A stretch of 64,000 nt of DNA from Candidatus Lustribacter sp. (GTDB lineage Bacteria > Vulcanimicrobiota > Vulcanimicrobiia > Vulcanimicrobiales > Vulcanimicrobiaceae): assembly GCA_965277805.1 (NCBI GenBank), contig OZ255842.1, forward strand, positions 3,808,001-3,872,000, written 5' to 3'. This document shows, piece after piece, positions 19,828 to 29,783 of this stretch. Positions within the stretch are counted from its first letter, which is position 1. Every line of letters starts with the position of its first letter. The notes beneath the pieces were generated by a model that was not told the DNA's origin, made no database searches, and worked only from the letters and a program-made list of their open reading frames with translations. The position numbers and the translations under genes are program-made.

Positions 19828-21144
19828 TTACTGCTCCTTAGGAAAGAGCTGGAGCACTCTGAGATTATCCGAGACGTTCATCGTTACTGTCGATCCTCGT
19901 GGAAGATATGTTCTGACAACGCTGCCGCTAGTCTCAAAGATGAGAGATAAAATCTTCGACAGCGGTCGCGCAAATTCAAGACGAATGAGAACTCTGGACG
20001 CGCCGTCGCTTTGCTCGCCTGAGGGATTAAGAGCCGGGACTTCGTTCCATAGCGCTAGTAGAAATGACCCATCGCGCTTCTCAAATAGCGCGTGATGCAC
20101 CGTCGACACCGTTGAGCTTATTTTGTACATTAGCGGTCTGGGCGCGAAACTGGGACCGCGATCCGAGAACAGGTCTATGAGGTTCTTCAGCGCGTAGTAT
20201 TGCGGCTTCGGGCGCTGCTCCGAGTCCAGCATCCCTAAGCTTCCGAACTGCTTATCTCCGCTGACATTCGCAAACTGAAAAAAGTACACGCGCGTGATCC
20301 CGGCATTCCAACGCTCCAGGAGCGCTCGTGGATAGTATTTGGCAATTACAGAGTCCGGAGTATAGCACTCGCTGCCGCGATTGTCATCGTATCCAACCTC
20401 GGTTGTCCAAATCGGCTTTGCGCCTGAGATCGTTTTCTCAACGTTGATGGTGAACGCAATGCTCCCATAGGCCCCAAAGGGCGGATACGCGTTCCCAAAT
20501 CCGCCGTTCCCGGGATAGTGATCGCACGGATAATCGTGAATATTACCGACATCAATATAGTGCGAAAGATCTCCGAGCAGCGCCGCATTTACAACATTGG
20601 ATGTCGAAGGTCCGAGCACGACGATCTTTGCAAAACGAGAATTGCCTTTAATCTGGCCGGAAAGACGCTTTGTTATCTCGACGTCACTAGCGGCCCAGTC
20701 GGAAATGCTCGCACCGTGCGAGCTGTCGTATTCATTCGGGGGCTCGATTGCTTCGACGCTAGGAACAATCTCGAGCCATTGAGCAATCTGCGCCGCACTA
20801 CTATCTTCAAAGACCCCTCCCGAACTTCGGATTCCTTCTGCAGCGAGAGTGTTTATACGTTTGTAGTACCACATTGGGGCGCCGGGCTCGCCATCTCGAA
20901 TGTGGCGGATCCCAGATGCGAGTAACGCCGCGTGGACTGCCGTCCAAGCAGACTCGTATGGTGTCCCGACGTACCTGAAACTCGTGTTGACGCCGACTGC
21001 GTCAGCGAGTGAATCCGCTGGAGCTGCACGCTCACTGACAAAGGCATCGTTCCCTTGAGACAATGAATTGGCAAACATGAAAGCGGCAACGATCGCAAGT
21101 ACTGCAGCGATCAATTTGATCACGTTTTGTCTTAGTCGGTTCAC
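19828..21144 (-). CDS. Secreted/membrane-anchored clan-A glycoside hydrolase-like protein, paralog 2
   Basis: N-terminal hydrophobic segment; DAVGVNTSF, GIRHIRDG, PNEYD, IWTTEVGY. Confidence 0.7.
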   Translation of the reverse strand: MNRLRQNVIKLIAAVLAIVAAFMFANSLSQGNDAFVSERAAPADSLADAVGVNTSFRYVGTPYESAWTAVHAALLASGIRHIRDGEPGAPMWYYKRINTLAAEGIRSSGGVFEDSSAAQIAQWLEIVPSVEAIEPPNEYDSSHGASISDWAASDVEITKRLSGQIKGNSRFAKIVVLGPSTSNVVNAALLGDLSHYIDVGNIHDYPCDHYPGNGGFGNAYPPFGAYGSIAFTINVEKTISGAKPIWTTEVGYDDNRGSECYTPDSVIAKYYPRALLERWNAGITRVYFFQFANVSGDKQFGSLGMLDSEQRPKPQYYALKNLIDLFSDRGPSFAPRPLMYKISSTVSTVHHALFEKRDGSFLLALWNEVPALNPSGEQSDGASRVLIRLEFARPLSKILSLIFETSGSVVRTYLPRGSTVTMNVSDNLRVLQLFPKEQ

Positions 21145-21153
21145 GGTTGCCGA

Positions 21154-22266
21154 CTAGGGAAAAATAATGTATCGCACAGATGCGAGGAGACCCGCCCACG
21201 CGTCAACGCTCCCCTTATGCGTGTAGGGAACATACACCTCATCGCCGTTTGATAGTTGCGGATTCTGCGAGAAGTCTCCATTTCGGACCAGCGTAACATC
21301 ATATTTCGTAGTAACGCCGTCGTGCACGAGTCGGACCTGGCCAATGTCACCTGTTTTGTCCGGCCCACCAGCATTGTAGATCGCCGAAAGCAGAGAAAAG
21401 TCACTTTTTAGAGTAACCGTACCCGGCTTCGTAACGTCGCCCGAAACCGTAACTAGCGGCGCAGTCTGAACAAAGAGACTGTCGCCAGGATGCGCCGGAC
21501 TTGAAAATGTCGCGTCAGCTACTGATACCTTTGACTGCCGGCCATCTCGAGTGAGAATCATACTGCCTGACGCGGCGTTGTCTTGAAGCCCTCCTGTTTG
21601 GTCGATCGCCTGCAATAAGGGTTCCGCAACATCCAAATATGCGACACCGGGTTGTTTGACGTCGCCGCTTACGCTTACCGCTACCGGCTTGTCGATAAAG
21701 GCAATTGCGTCACCCGGCCTCAAGGACGGGCCGGTCTGACCTGCCGCAGACAATGCGGTCATGTCGTAGGTTCCCAAGGGCTGACTATCCCGCATCACCA
21801 TTACCTGCCGCATATTTATTCGCGAACGATAAGGATCGAAGCGCACTGGATTTGAGTTGTTGACGGTTACCTCAAGCGCCGAAATGGCTCCAGCTAGTGT
21901 CTCTCCGGGAGCGTATTTGATAGCGCCGTCAGGCACGGGCAATGGCCAACCCGACACGGTAATAGTCGTCAGTTCCGAACGCAGTTGTACCTCAACAGAC
22001 GGCCGACTAATATAGCGATCAAGTGCCCGTTCAATACTCAGGGCCACCTCTTGCGGCTCCTTACCCTGTATTACGATTGTGCCGGCGAGGGGCATTTGAA
22101 TGGTGCCTGCACTCGTGACTGTATAATCGGCTGATAGCTCCGGATAGTTGAACACGTGAACGGTAACTTGATCACCAATCCGGAGTTGCGCTGCGTCCAC
22201 GGGAGCGATCATAAAGCCTGTAAGAGCGGTCATTAAGACCGCGGTCAACGTTCGAACTAACTTCAT
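21154..22266 (-). CDS. OPX/Wza polysaccharide export protein with SLBB repeats
   Basis: Signal peptide; LRIGDQVTVHV..PELS..TV...GTIQMPLAG; repeated VSGDVxxPG; amphipathic C-terminal helix. Confidence 0.9.
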   Translation of the reverse strand: MKLVRTLTAVLMTALTGFMIAPVDAAQLRIGDQVTVHVFNYPELSADYTVTSAGTIQMPLAGTIVIQGKEPQEVALSIERALDRYISRPSVEVQLRSELTTITVSGWPLPVPDGAIKYAPGETLAGAISALEVTVNNSNPVRFDPYRSRINMRQVMVMRDSQPLGTYDMTALSAAGQTGPSLRPGDAIAFIDKPVAVSVSGDVKQPGVAYLDVAEPLLQAIDQTGGLQDNAASGSMILTRDGRQSKVSVADATFSSPAHPGDSLFVQTAPLVTVSGDVTKPGTVTLKSDFSLLSAIYNAGGPDKTGDIGQVRLVHDGVTTKYDVTLVRNGDFSQNPQLSNGDEVYVPYTHKGSVDAWAGLLASVRYIIFP

Positions 22267-22602
22267 TTCAAACCGAAGTGTTTTGATCATGGACATTTCT
22301 CGTAGCGTATCAAAGCGAAGATGGCTGGCAGTTCCTTCGTGAGGAGGGCAACAGATCGGATAATAGTATTTTCATGTTCGCCGCTTCGACGATTCCATCC
22401 CGTATCGGGGAACATAAAGCCCCATCCAATACAGTATTGCCCCTTGTTAAACAGCATTGCCCGAATGGGGTAACTCAGCGCTTGCTCTTGTGATGCAAAA
22501 AAGATCGAGCCTTCCGGGAATGGGATAGGCCAGGGGCAAGAAAGAAGCTACGAGCCGCACAATTGGAAAGTTCTCTTACCGCTCAGTGACGAAGATCCCA
22601 TA

Positions 22603-23280
22603 ATGTTCGCTGACCGAGGCCGTCCAGAAAACGGCGGTCCACAGAATACATTCCGTTTTTTGAAGGCCTGTGCCCGCCATCTTCGATCGCGGACGAACTC
22701 CGTTGCCAAGAGCTTGCTTCCCAAGCGGGTATATTACTGGATTTTGTTGCGTTTTGCTCACTGCACGCGCTATGCAAATCTCCCAGACCGACGATACATG
22801 GAAGACACACTTCTACCAGCGTTCGTGCTTCTGGATCAGCCGCACATCCTAGATGTCGGTACCCGGTGGTTTTGTGCGCACTATAAATCGTATTTCGCGG
22901 CCAACGGTAGCGAATATTGGACGATGGACATTGACCCGAATGTAGCGCATAAGTATGGATCGCCAGGCAGGCACGTGACGGGTAGCGTCATCAACGTTGA
23001 TCAGCATTTCGAACCCGCATATTTCGACGTCATCTTATTGAATGGAATCTTTGGATATGGTGTTAATGAAGAGCACGAACAAAGCAAGACTTTGGAAAGC
23101 CTCCGCAGAGTCATCCGACCGAATGGTATATTGCTGATCGGATGGGACGATGACCGTACCGATGATTTGGTTTCAATGGTGGAGGCGCAAGGATTCCGGC
23201 ATGGTAACCGGCTCGGATTACCAAGTCGCAAGCAGTTCAAGGATAACCCGCACGTCTACGATCTATTCACTGCGGGTTGA
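22603..23280 (+). CDS. Class I SAM-dependent methyltransferase
   Basis: ILDVG, TMDIDP, FDVILLNGIFGYG, VIRPNGILLIGW. Start is uncertain. Confidence 0.8.
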   Translation: MFADRGRPENGGPQNTFRFLKACARHLRSRTNSVAKSLLPKRVYYWILLRFAHCTRYANLPDRRYMEDTLLPAFVLLDQPHILDVGTRWFCAHYKSYFAANGSEYWTMDIDPNVAHKYGSPGRHVTGSVINVDQHFEPAYFDVILLNGIFGYGVNEEHEQSKTLESLRRVIRPNGILLIGWDDDRTDDLVSMVEAQGFRHGNRLGLPSRKQFKDNPHVYDLFTAG

Positions 23281-23322
23281 TGTATTTTAGCGATGCTAAT
23301 TAAACGGAGCCAATAACCGGCA

Positions 23323-24327
23323 TCACATCTCTTGCAATCGGATTATCCTGCTCGCGATGCTCATAGAGATCGCTGTCGGCGAGAGCCGTATCGCAAGTAC
23401 TGCAAGAAAAACTGCTATTGCCTTGATGGGATTCCGGCAGCCGAATGCAGCCGCGAGGTGATCTATTAAGCGCGGCCCGTCCGAACTGTCGAGAAGTTTA
23501 CTGCGAAGGTAGAGAAGCGTTGCGAAGCGCCAATTGCGGGCTCGCCACCGCGCATCGACCTTATAGCCCAAAGATTCAGCAATTGTTCGTACACGTCTTG
23601 CACGAAATTCGTGTCCGTCCACGATCGCAGAAATGTTCCGGGCGCTAAAGACAGCCTTCTCGTCACCCATACTCGCACCGTGAAAGCGGTATGACGCAAC
23701 AACGGTTTCCGTTGTCACGGTTCGGCCATACATCGGAGCAATATCAAATAGAAGTGCGTCACCGCCGACCGTTCTGCTTTCCGGTAGAGGAAAGACCTGC
23801 TCAAAGAAGGTTCTCGACCAGGCATTTCCGGATGTGGCTGTGGCAATGTAGCCCCCCGGACCGAACCTAAGAACAATTTCGAGCAATCCACTGTCCTGTG
23901 GGCGACGATCTGGATACTTGCGACCGTTCGGCTGTCCATTCTCGTCTACAATCATTTGGTACCCTTGAGAATGAACTACGGCTTTATCGCTTAGTGCACG
24001 TGCATGAACGGCGAGTGCACCGGGAACGAGAAAGTCGTCGGCATCAAGAATCAAAATCATGTCTCCACGGGCCTGCATCCAGCCACTGTTCCAGCTCGAA
24101 AGCATCCCGCCGTTTATTTTGCGCACAACTTTCAAAGCTGGCCCAAAAGACTCAATTGTAGTCAACGAATCATCTTGCGAACCATCATCGACCACAATAA
24201 CTTCAAAGTTCGGGTAATCTTGAGATAGGACGCTCCGGATGCACTGACCTAAATATCGTGCATAATTATAATTTGTAATTATGACGCTGAACAGCGGCAG
24301 CTCTCCGCCGCAAATAGTATTTGTCAC
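23323..24327 (-). CDS. GT2 family glycosyltransferase
   Basis: SVIITNYNY, VVDDGSQD, LDADD. Confidence 0.93.
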   Translation of the reverse strand: MTNTICGGELPLFSVIITNYNYARYLGQCIRSVLSQDYPNFEVIVVDDGSQDDSLTTIESFGPALKVVRKINGGMLSSWNSGWMQARGDMILILDADDFLVPGALAVHARALSDKAVVHSQGYQMIVDENGQPNGRKYPDRRPQDSGLLEIVLRFGPGGYIATATSGNAWSRTFFEQVFPLPESRTVGGDALLFDIAPMYGRTVTTETVVASYRFHGASMGDEKAVFSARNISAIVDGHEFRARRVRTIAESLGYKVDARWRARNWRFATLLYLRSKLLDSSDGPRLIDHLAAAFGCRNPIKAIAVFLAVLAIRLSPTAISMSIASRIIRLQEM

Positions 24328-24724
24328 TGGCTCCCTCCGGCGCGAGAAGTTGGTTGGCTAAGTCAGTGGCGACCATTTTCTAGATTGCGTAGCCAATCTC
24401 CAAAACACTCATAATTTCTTTAGATCGGTTGAAGATTCATCTGGAAGGGTCGACTTCAAACAGTGTTCTCAGAGTTTGGGGCTCGCAGATGTCCAGCGCA
24501 TTACAACTGGCGAAACTCCAAGCTACCAGCTCATCGCGGTCGCGTAACCGCGTGTCTGGATCGCGGTGAAGATATGGGCTAACAGTACCCCATTTTTAGC
24601 AGCGGGACGCATAGTATTTACAATCGTATCTGCCTTATAGTGCCCAACGCTTGAACTGTCGACGTACCGGCGGTAGAAGTACTTCGATTCGGCCACGGTT
24701 GGTCAACATCGCCGCTTTGCGCGG

Positions 24725-25290
24725 TCACCATCCCCGCAGCATCGACGCGCCCGGATTCGAGCGCTTTAAAGTCGCTTTGCGCTGCGCCGCCTCGCATGAT
24801 CTGTACGCAGCGCGGGGATCGAGCCTCCTTCCGCAAGTCGTAGCGTCAACGCATCGGTCAACGAACCGAACGTCGCGACGCCGATCTTCTTGTTCTTCAG
24901 CTGCGCCCACGTCTTGATCGAGGGCGCCGCGAGCCACGAGAAATCCGCCTGATCGAAGCCGGCGTAAAAACCCATAACGGGCTGACCCGACGTGATCAGG
25001 TTGATCAGGCCGTTCATCGACGCCAAGCTGATGTCGATCGAGTTTCCCGCCAGCGCTTCCGAGATCTCGGCGTCGCCGCGGAACGGAATGAGTGTCACGT
25101 CGAGGCCTTGCGCTTTGAACGTGCGCGCGGCAGCAACGTACACCGGCAGAAAGTTCGAGCCATACGAGGCGAGGCCTAGTGTGAGCGCGGTTTTTTCGGG
25201 CGTCCCCGGTGCTGCGCCCGCAACGGCAGGAAGGGCACGTGCGACTGTGGTCGCGGCGCACGCCACAACGAAATCGCGCCGGGACCACAT
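24725..25290 (-). pseudogene. Frameshifted, truncated NMT1/SsuA-type ABC substrate-binding protein with Tat signal
   Basis: SRRDFV Tat motif, FKAQGLDV, LKNKKIGV. Homology shifts frame near 24840 (VQIMRGG..FKALESGRVDAA) and is then lost at the GC transition. Confidence 0.75.
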
Positions 25291-25387
25291 TATCCGCGCC
25301 CGCCCATCTGCTCGGTGTGCTGGAGACGCAACATGCACGCCTCTTCGCAACACCGCGCAAACGGGGCCTTCTCAGCGTACGATCGAG

Positions 25388-25963
25388 CTAGGCCGGCTCC
25401 ACGCGACTGGGCTCCACGCGACTGGGCTTGATCACGGCCTCGTCAGGCGTCACGACCTTGCGGCCTTTTTTCGCAAAGCCGACGAGTCCGAGAAGCCCGA
25501 GCAACCCGAGCCACCCAAGGTTGCCGTTGCCGTTCGACGTCGTTGTAGTCGTCGTCGTTTCGGCCGGACCGGTACCGTCGCCGTTGTTCGCGGAATTCGT
25601 CGTCGCATCACCGCCGCCCACGCCCGAACCGTTGGTATTGTTCGTCGTGCCGTTCGAATTCATCGTGCCGCTCGTGCCGTTCGAGTTCGTCGCGCTATTA
25701 TTGCCGGTCGCGTCAGTGTTCGCGCTGGTTCCGCTCTGCCCGGTGGTTGCGCTCGAGTTGTCGCTCGTGCCCGGCATCGTCACGGTTTGGCTGCTGCCCG
25801 CCCCACCATTGCCGGCCGTGGTGCCAGCCGTGGTGCCCGAAGCACTCGTTCCCGCTGTGCCCGTGCCGCCGCCGGCCGCGCCGGCGCTCTGCGCGAACGC
25901 CGTTCCGGACGTCGCCGCGAGCATAGCCCCGAGCGCGATGGCCGCCATCGTCTGTTTCCGCAT
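25388..25963 (-). CDS. Secreted Gly/Thr/Asn-rich protein with WGxxGxxG-type C-terminal sorting signal
   Basis: Signal peptide ending AFA-Q; low-complexity body; NLGWLGLLGLLGLVGFAKKGRK; GAGGAG SD upstream. Confidence 0.8.
   Translation of the reverse strand: MRKQTMAAIALGAMLAATSGTAFAQSAGAAGGGTGTAGTSASGTTAGTTAGNGGAGSSQTVTMPGTSDNSSATTGQSGTSANTDATGNNSATNSNGTSGTMNSNGTTNNTNGSGVGGGDATTNSANNGDGTGPAETTTTTTTSNGNGNLGWLGLLGLLGLVGFAKKGRKVVTPDEAVIKPSRVEPSRVEPA
25395..25424. repeat. 15-bp in-frame tandem duplication (encodes PSRVE x2)
   Basis: GGCTCCACGCGACTG twice. Confidence 0.9.
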
Positions 25964-26048
25964 GTCCGCTCTCCTCGATAGGTCGCTGTCGAGAGCAGAT
26001 ACCACAATGGAGAGAAACCGAAAACGCGAGCGAGCGGCGGAAAGCTCA

Positions 26049-26124
26049 TGGTGGGCGATGACGGGCTCGAACCGCCGACCTTGTCCGTGTAAAGGACCTG
26101 CTCTCCCAGCTGAGCTAATCGCCC
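26049..26124 (-). tRNA. tRNA-Val(TAC)
   Basis: GGGCGAT acceptor, anticodon loop TTTACAC, GGTTCGAGCCC T-arm, encoded CCA. Confidence 0.97.
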
Positions 26125-26181
26125 GGGCCGTCACGTTTCGCCGGAGCGGGCGTCACGTCTTTGCGCGCGAAGGCTGACCGG

Positions 26182-27597
26182 ATGCGCCGTGGACCCGCCA
26201 TAGACGATTCGAAGCCGATTTGGCGCACGATGCTCGTCTTTCTCATCCCGCTGATGCTCTCGAACGTGCTGCAGTCGGCCTCGCAGACGTTCACCAGTAT
26301 CTTCCTCGGCCGTCTGATCGGCGTCGGCGCGCTCGCCGCCGCGTCCTCGATTTTCCCGGTGCTCTTCTTCTTGATCTCGTTCTTCTTCGGGATATCGAGC
26401 GCGAGCACGGTTCTCATCGGGCAAGCCTATGGGGCGCACGATCAGCCGCGTCTCAGCCGGTCGGCCGGCACGACCCTTTCGTTCGCCGTCGTGTTCGGCG
26501 TCGTCATCGGCATCGTCGGTCTGATCTACGATCGCAACATCATGGAGCTGATCAAGACGCCGCCCGACGTGATCGAGGACGCCGTCGCCTATGCGCGCAT
26601 CATCTTCTGCACGCTGCCGATCACCTTCATCTACCTCGGCTATACGACGTTTCTGCGCGGCATCGGCGACTCGCGCTCGCCGCTGATCGTGTTGATCGGA
26701 AGCGCGCTCGTCGGCGTCGTGCTCACGCCGGTCCTGATCCTCGGGCCGTGGGGTTTACCCAAACTGGGCATTCTCGGCGCACCGCTGGCAAACGTGATCT
26801 CAACGGCGCTCGGACTACTCGCGCTCTTGATCTATCTCGAGAAGAGCGACAACCCGCTGGCTTTCGGCAAACTGCGCCACTATCTCGGAATCGACGTCCC
26901 GCTTCTGCTCACGCTGATCCGTCTCGGCGTGCCGACCGGCATTCAATTCGTGATGATCTCGCTATCAGAAATTGCCGTCATCTCGTTTGTTAACCGCTTC
27001 GGATCATCGGCCACGGCGGCGTACGGCGCAGTCAACCAGATCGCGAGCTACGTGCAATTTCCCGCCGTCAGCATCGGGATCACGGCCTCGATCTTCGGTG
27101 CGCAATCGATCGGAGCGCAGCGCACCGACCGGCTGCGCAAGATCGTCCGCGCGGGCGTCGTGATGAACTACATCATCGGCGGCATTCTGATTGGGATCGT
27201 CTACCTGCTCGCACACGAAATTCTCTCGCTCTTCATCACCGATCCCCCGACGCTCGAGATGGCGCGCGGCCTGCTCTCGATCACGCTCTGGAGCTATGTG
27301 ATCTTCGGCAACACCAGCGTGCTCTCGGGCATGATGCGCTCGAGCGGCAGCGTGCTCTGGCCGACGACCATCTCGATTCTCTCGATCTGGTGCGTCGAAG
27401 TCCCGACGGCGTACGTACTCTCGCACGGTCCGCTTGGGCTCAGCGGCGTGTGGTACGCCTATCCGATCACGTTCGCCGTTTCGCTTTGCGCGCAATCCGC
27501 GTATTACTTCGGCGTGTGGCGGCGCAAGCCGATCCGCGCCCTGCACGCCTCACCCATCGCCGATGCCGAGGGCATCGACGAACCGCAAACCGCTTAG
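26182..27597 (+). CDS. MATE family efflux transporter
   Basis: FLIPLMLSNVLQ, LIGQAYGA, LRGIGDSRSPL; two-fold 6-TM organisation. Confidence 0.93.
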   Translation: MRRGPAIDDSKPIWRTMLVFLIPLMLSNVLQSASQTFTSIFLGRLIGVGALAAASSIFPVLFFLISFFFGISSASTVLIGQAYGAHDQPRLSRSAGTTLSFAVVFGVVIGIVGLIYDRNIMELIKTPPDVIEDAVAYARIIFCTLPITFIYLGYTTFLRGIGDSRSPLIVLIGSALVGVVLTPVLILGPWGLPKLGILGAPLANVISTALGLLALLIYLEKSDNPLAFGKLRHYLGIDVPLLLTLIRLGVPTGIQFVMISLSEIAVISFVNRFGSSATAAYGAVNQIASYVQFPAVSIGITASIFGAQSIGAQRTDRLRKIVRAGVVMNYIIGGILIGIVYLLAHEILSLFITDPPTLEMARGLLSITLWSYVIFGNTSVLSGMMRSSGSVLWPTTISILSIWCVEVPTAYVLSHGPLGLSGVWYAYPITFAVSLCAQSAYYFGVWRRKPIRALHASPIADAEGIDEPQTA

Positions 27598-28925
27598 ACT
27601 TTCGCCTTCGGGCGTTCGACCGTGGCGGCGGCTGAGGCGAGTTGCGCGAGCACCGAGTCGACCGGCGGCGGCGGGTCGTTGAAGCCCATCGCTTCTTCGT
27701 ATGCGCGACGCACCTCATCGGGTTGCCCGGCTTGGAACGGATAGAGCCGGAAGCCCGCAAACGGATGGGCGTCGAGTTCGGCGCGCGTCAATCCCTCGAC
27801 GAGCGAGCGGCGGTTCGCAACCGGCAGCGGGATGCATTCGTTGGCTTTCGGATCGCGCACGATCGCTTTCGGATCTTCGCCGCGTGCGACGCGTTCGAGA
27901 TCCTCGAGAAAGCGCTTGCGAACCATGATCACGCCGCGATCGCTCGAGCCCAGATGCTCGTTCCAGCGATCGGAGATCTTGCCCTGACCGAGCCAGGCCA
28001 CGAAGTCCTGGTTCATCACATGCGTGGTGATCCACTTACCGGTCAACTCGTCCTTGACCGGTCCGTGCCACGTCGGAATCATTCCCTGAACGTAGGGTTC
28101 TCGTTCTTTGGGAACACGCGCGAAGTGCCAGGTGACGCTGAGCATGTTCTCATCGTCGATCGGCACGCGCCACTCGAAATGGTCGCCGGTGTAAAGCGCA
28201 TTCGGCCACAAGCACGTGCGGCCGATGGTCCACAGCAAGTCACTCTCGTCGGTGTCTTCGGTCACGCGCCGGTACACGAACCCATGGTCGAACTCATCGA
28301 ACGCGAGCTTCAGGTGCCGCGGCGCATACGGCCCGGTGTCGCCGCGCAAACGCACGCTCCAGTTGCGGTGCATCCACTCGAAGTGCACGGGGTCGATAGA
28401 ATTTTCCTGACCTTGCAGCCAGTTGCACGGCACTTCGGAAATTACGATCTGCTTGAAGCCGTGCTGCCACGTGAACGGTTCGTAGTTGGGCACGAGCGGC
28501 GCGGGCTGTGGGCCGAGGTACGCCCACAAGAGACCGGCTTTGGCCTCGACGGGATACGCCGTTATGCGCACCTTGTCGCGATAGCGCGCGTCGGGATTGG
28601 CCACGTCCTCAAACGGCTGCTCGATGCACTTGCCGCTCGCATCGAATTCCCAACCGTGATAATTGCAGCGCAGTCCGCAATTCTCGACGAACCCGTATGA
28701 CAGATCCGCGCGGCGGTGCGGGCAATGCCGGTCCACGAGGCCGTAGGATCCCGAGAGATCGCGATAAAGCACGAGGTCTTCGCCCATGAGGCGCACGGCC
28801 TTGATCGGGTTCTTCTCGAGCTCGCTGACGCCGGCAATCGGCATCCAATACCGGCGCAGCAAGTCGCCCATCGGCGTTCCCGGTCCGACGCGGGTGACGA
28901 GTTCGTTCTTCGCTTGCTCGAGCAT
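27594..28925 (-). CDS. ligXa: Rieske oxygenase alpha subunit, LigXa-like (5,5'-dehydrodivanillate O-demethylase family)
   Basis: RVGPGTPMG.LLRRYW; Rieske CPHR...CNYHGW; ENSIDPVHFEWMH iron motif; HVMNQDFVAW. Resemblance to LigXa is from recall, not a computed alignment. Confidence 0.8.
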   Translation of the reverse strand: MLEQAKNELVTRVGPGTPMGDLLRRYWMPIAGVSELEKNPIKAVRLMGEDLVLYRDLSGSYGLVDRHCPHRRADLSYGFVENCGLRCNYHGWEFDASGKCIEQPFEDVANPDARYRDKVRITAYPVEAKAGLLWAYLGPQPAPLVPNYEPFTWQHGFKQIVISEVPCNWLQGQENSIDPVHFEWMHRNWSVRLRGDTGPYAPRHLKLAFDEFDHGFVYRRVTEDTDESDLLWTIGRTCLWPNALYTGDHFEWRVPIDDENMLSVTWHFARVPKEREPYVQGMIPTWHGPVKDELTGKWITTHVMNQDFVAWLGQGKISDRWNEHLGSSDRGVIMVRKRFLEDLERVARGEDPKAIVRDPKANECIPLPVANRRSLVEGLTRAELDAHPFAGFRLYPFQAGQPDEVRRAYEEAMGFNDPPPPVDSVLAQLASAAATVERPKAKV

Positions 28926-29021
28926 CGTTGAATCCTCCGCGGAGGCCTCCGCCACGGATGCTCCGCCGGGACTGGCCGGGACTCATTCCGGCCGCCGCAA
29001 AATTGCGGCCGGTGTTTCATC

Positions 29022-29783
29022 CTACGGAATCGCGGCCTCGTCTTGGGCGAGCTCCTTGGCCGTTTCGTGCAGCTTGCGCATCCCGATGACCCGGTCGAGC
29101 AGCACCTCATCGGCAGCCAGCGCCGCCGAGGTGCCCTTGTGCACGATGCGGCCGCGTTCGAGCACGATCGCCTCCGCCGTCATCTCGAGCGCGAACGCCG
29201 CCCGCTGCTCGACCAAGATCAGCGTCGTGCCTTCTTCCGCCACCAGGCGTCGCAGGCAGTTGGAGACCTCGGCGATGATGACCGGCGCCAGCCCTTCGAG
29301 CGGTTCGTCGAGAATCAGCACGGCGGGATTCGTCATCAGCGCGCGGCCGATCGCGAGCATCTGCTGCTCGCCGCCCGAGAGCTGATTGCCCATGTTCTTG
29401 ATGCGTTCGCGCAACCGCGGAAACAGCTCGTACACGCGCTCGCGATTCCACGGCCCCTTGCGCGCTGCGATCACCAAGTGCTCGTCGACGGTCAGCGACG
29501 GAAAGCATTCGCGTCCTTGCGGCACCCAGCCGAGCCCGGCCGACACGCGCTCGTGCGGCAGCTTGTCGGAGATGTCCACGCCGTGCATCACGATCTTGCC
29601 GCTGCGCAACGGCAGATGGCCGAGCAGCGCGAGCATCAACGTCGACTTGCCGACGCCGTTGCGCCCGAGCACGGCGAGCGAACTGCCGGTGTTGAGCGTG
29701 AAGCCGACGTCGTGCAGGACGATGCCCTCGCCGTATCCGGCGGTGATCGATTCGGCGTGGAGGAGCGGGCCGTTGTCAGACAT
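29022..29783 (-). CDS. LivF-type ABC ATPase
   Basis: GRNGVGKST, LSGGEQQ, LDEP. Confidence 0.93.
   Translation of the reverse strand: MSDNGPLLHAESITAGYGEGIVLHDVGFTLNTGSSLAVLGRNGVGKSTLMLALLGHLPLRSGKIVMHGVDISDKLPHERVSAGLGWVPQGRECFPSLTVDEHLVIAARKGPWNRERVYELFPRLRERIKNMGNQLSGGEQQMLAIGRALMTNPAVLILDEPLEGLAPVIIAEVSNCLRRLVAEEGTTLILVEQRAAFALEMTAEAIVLERGRIVHKGTSAALAADEVLLDRVIGMRKLHETAKELAQDEAAIP

Larger units (their letters stand above)
316..24700. mobile_element. Lower-GC exopolysaccharide biosynthesis genomic island (left boundary not seen)
   Basis: Abrupt GC and codon-usage change near 24.7 kb; contents are all polysaccharide related; right edge truncates a gene; no integrase in the window. Confidence 0.65.

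Noticed and set aside
24669-24680. GGCGGTAG ops-like element
   Set aside because: Lacks the trailing TG and points away from the EPS genes.
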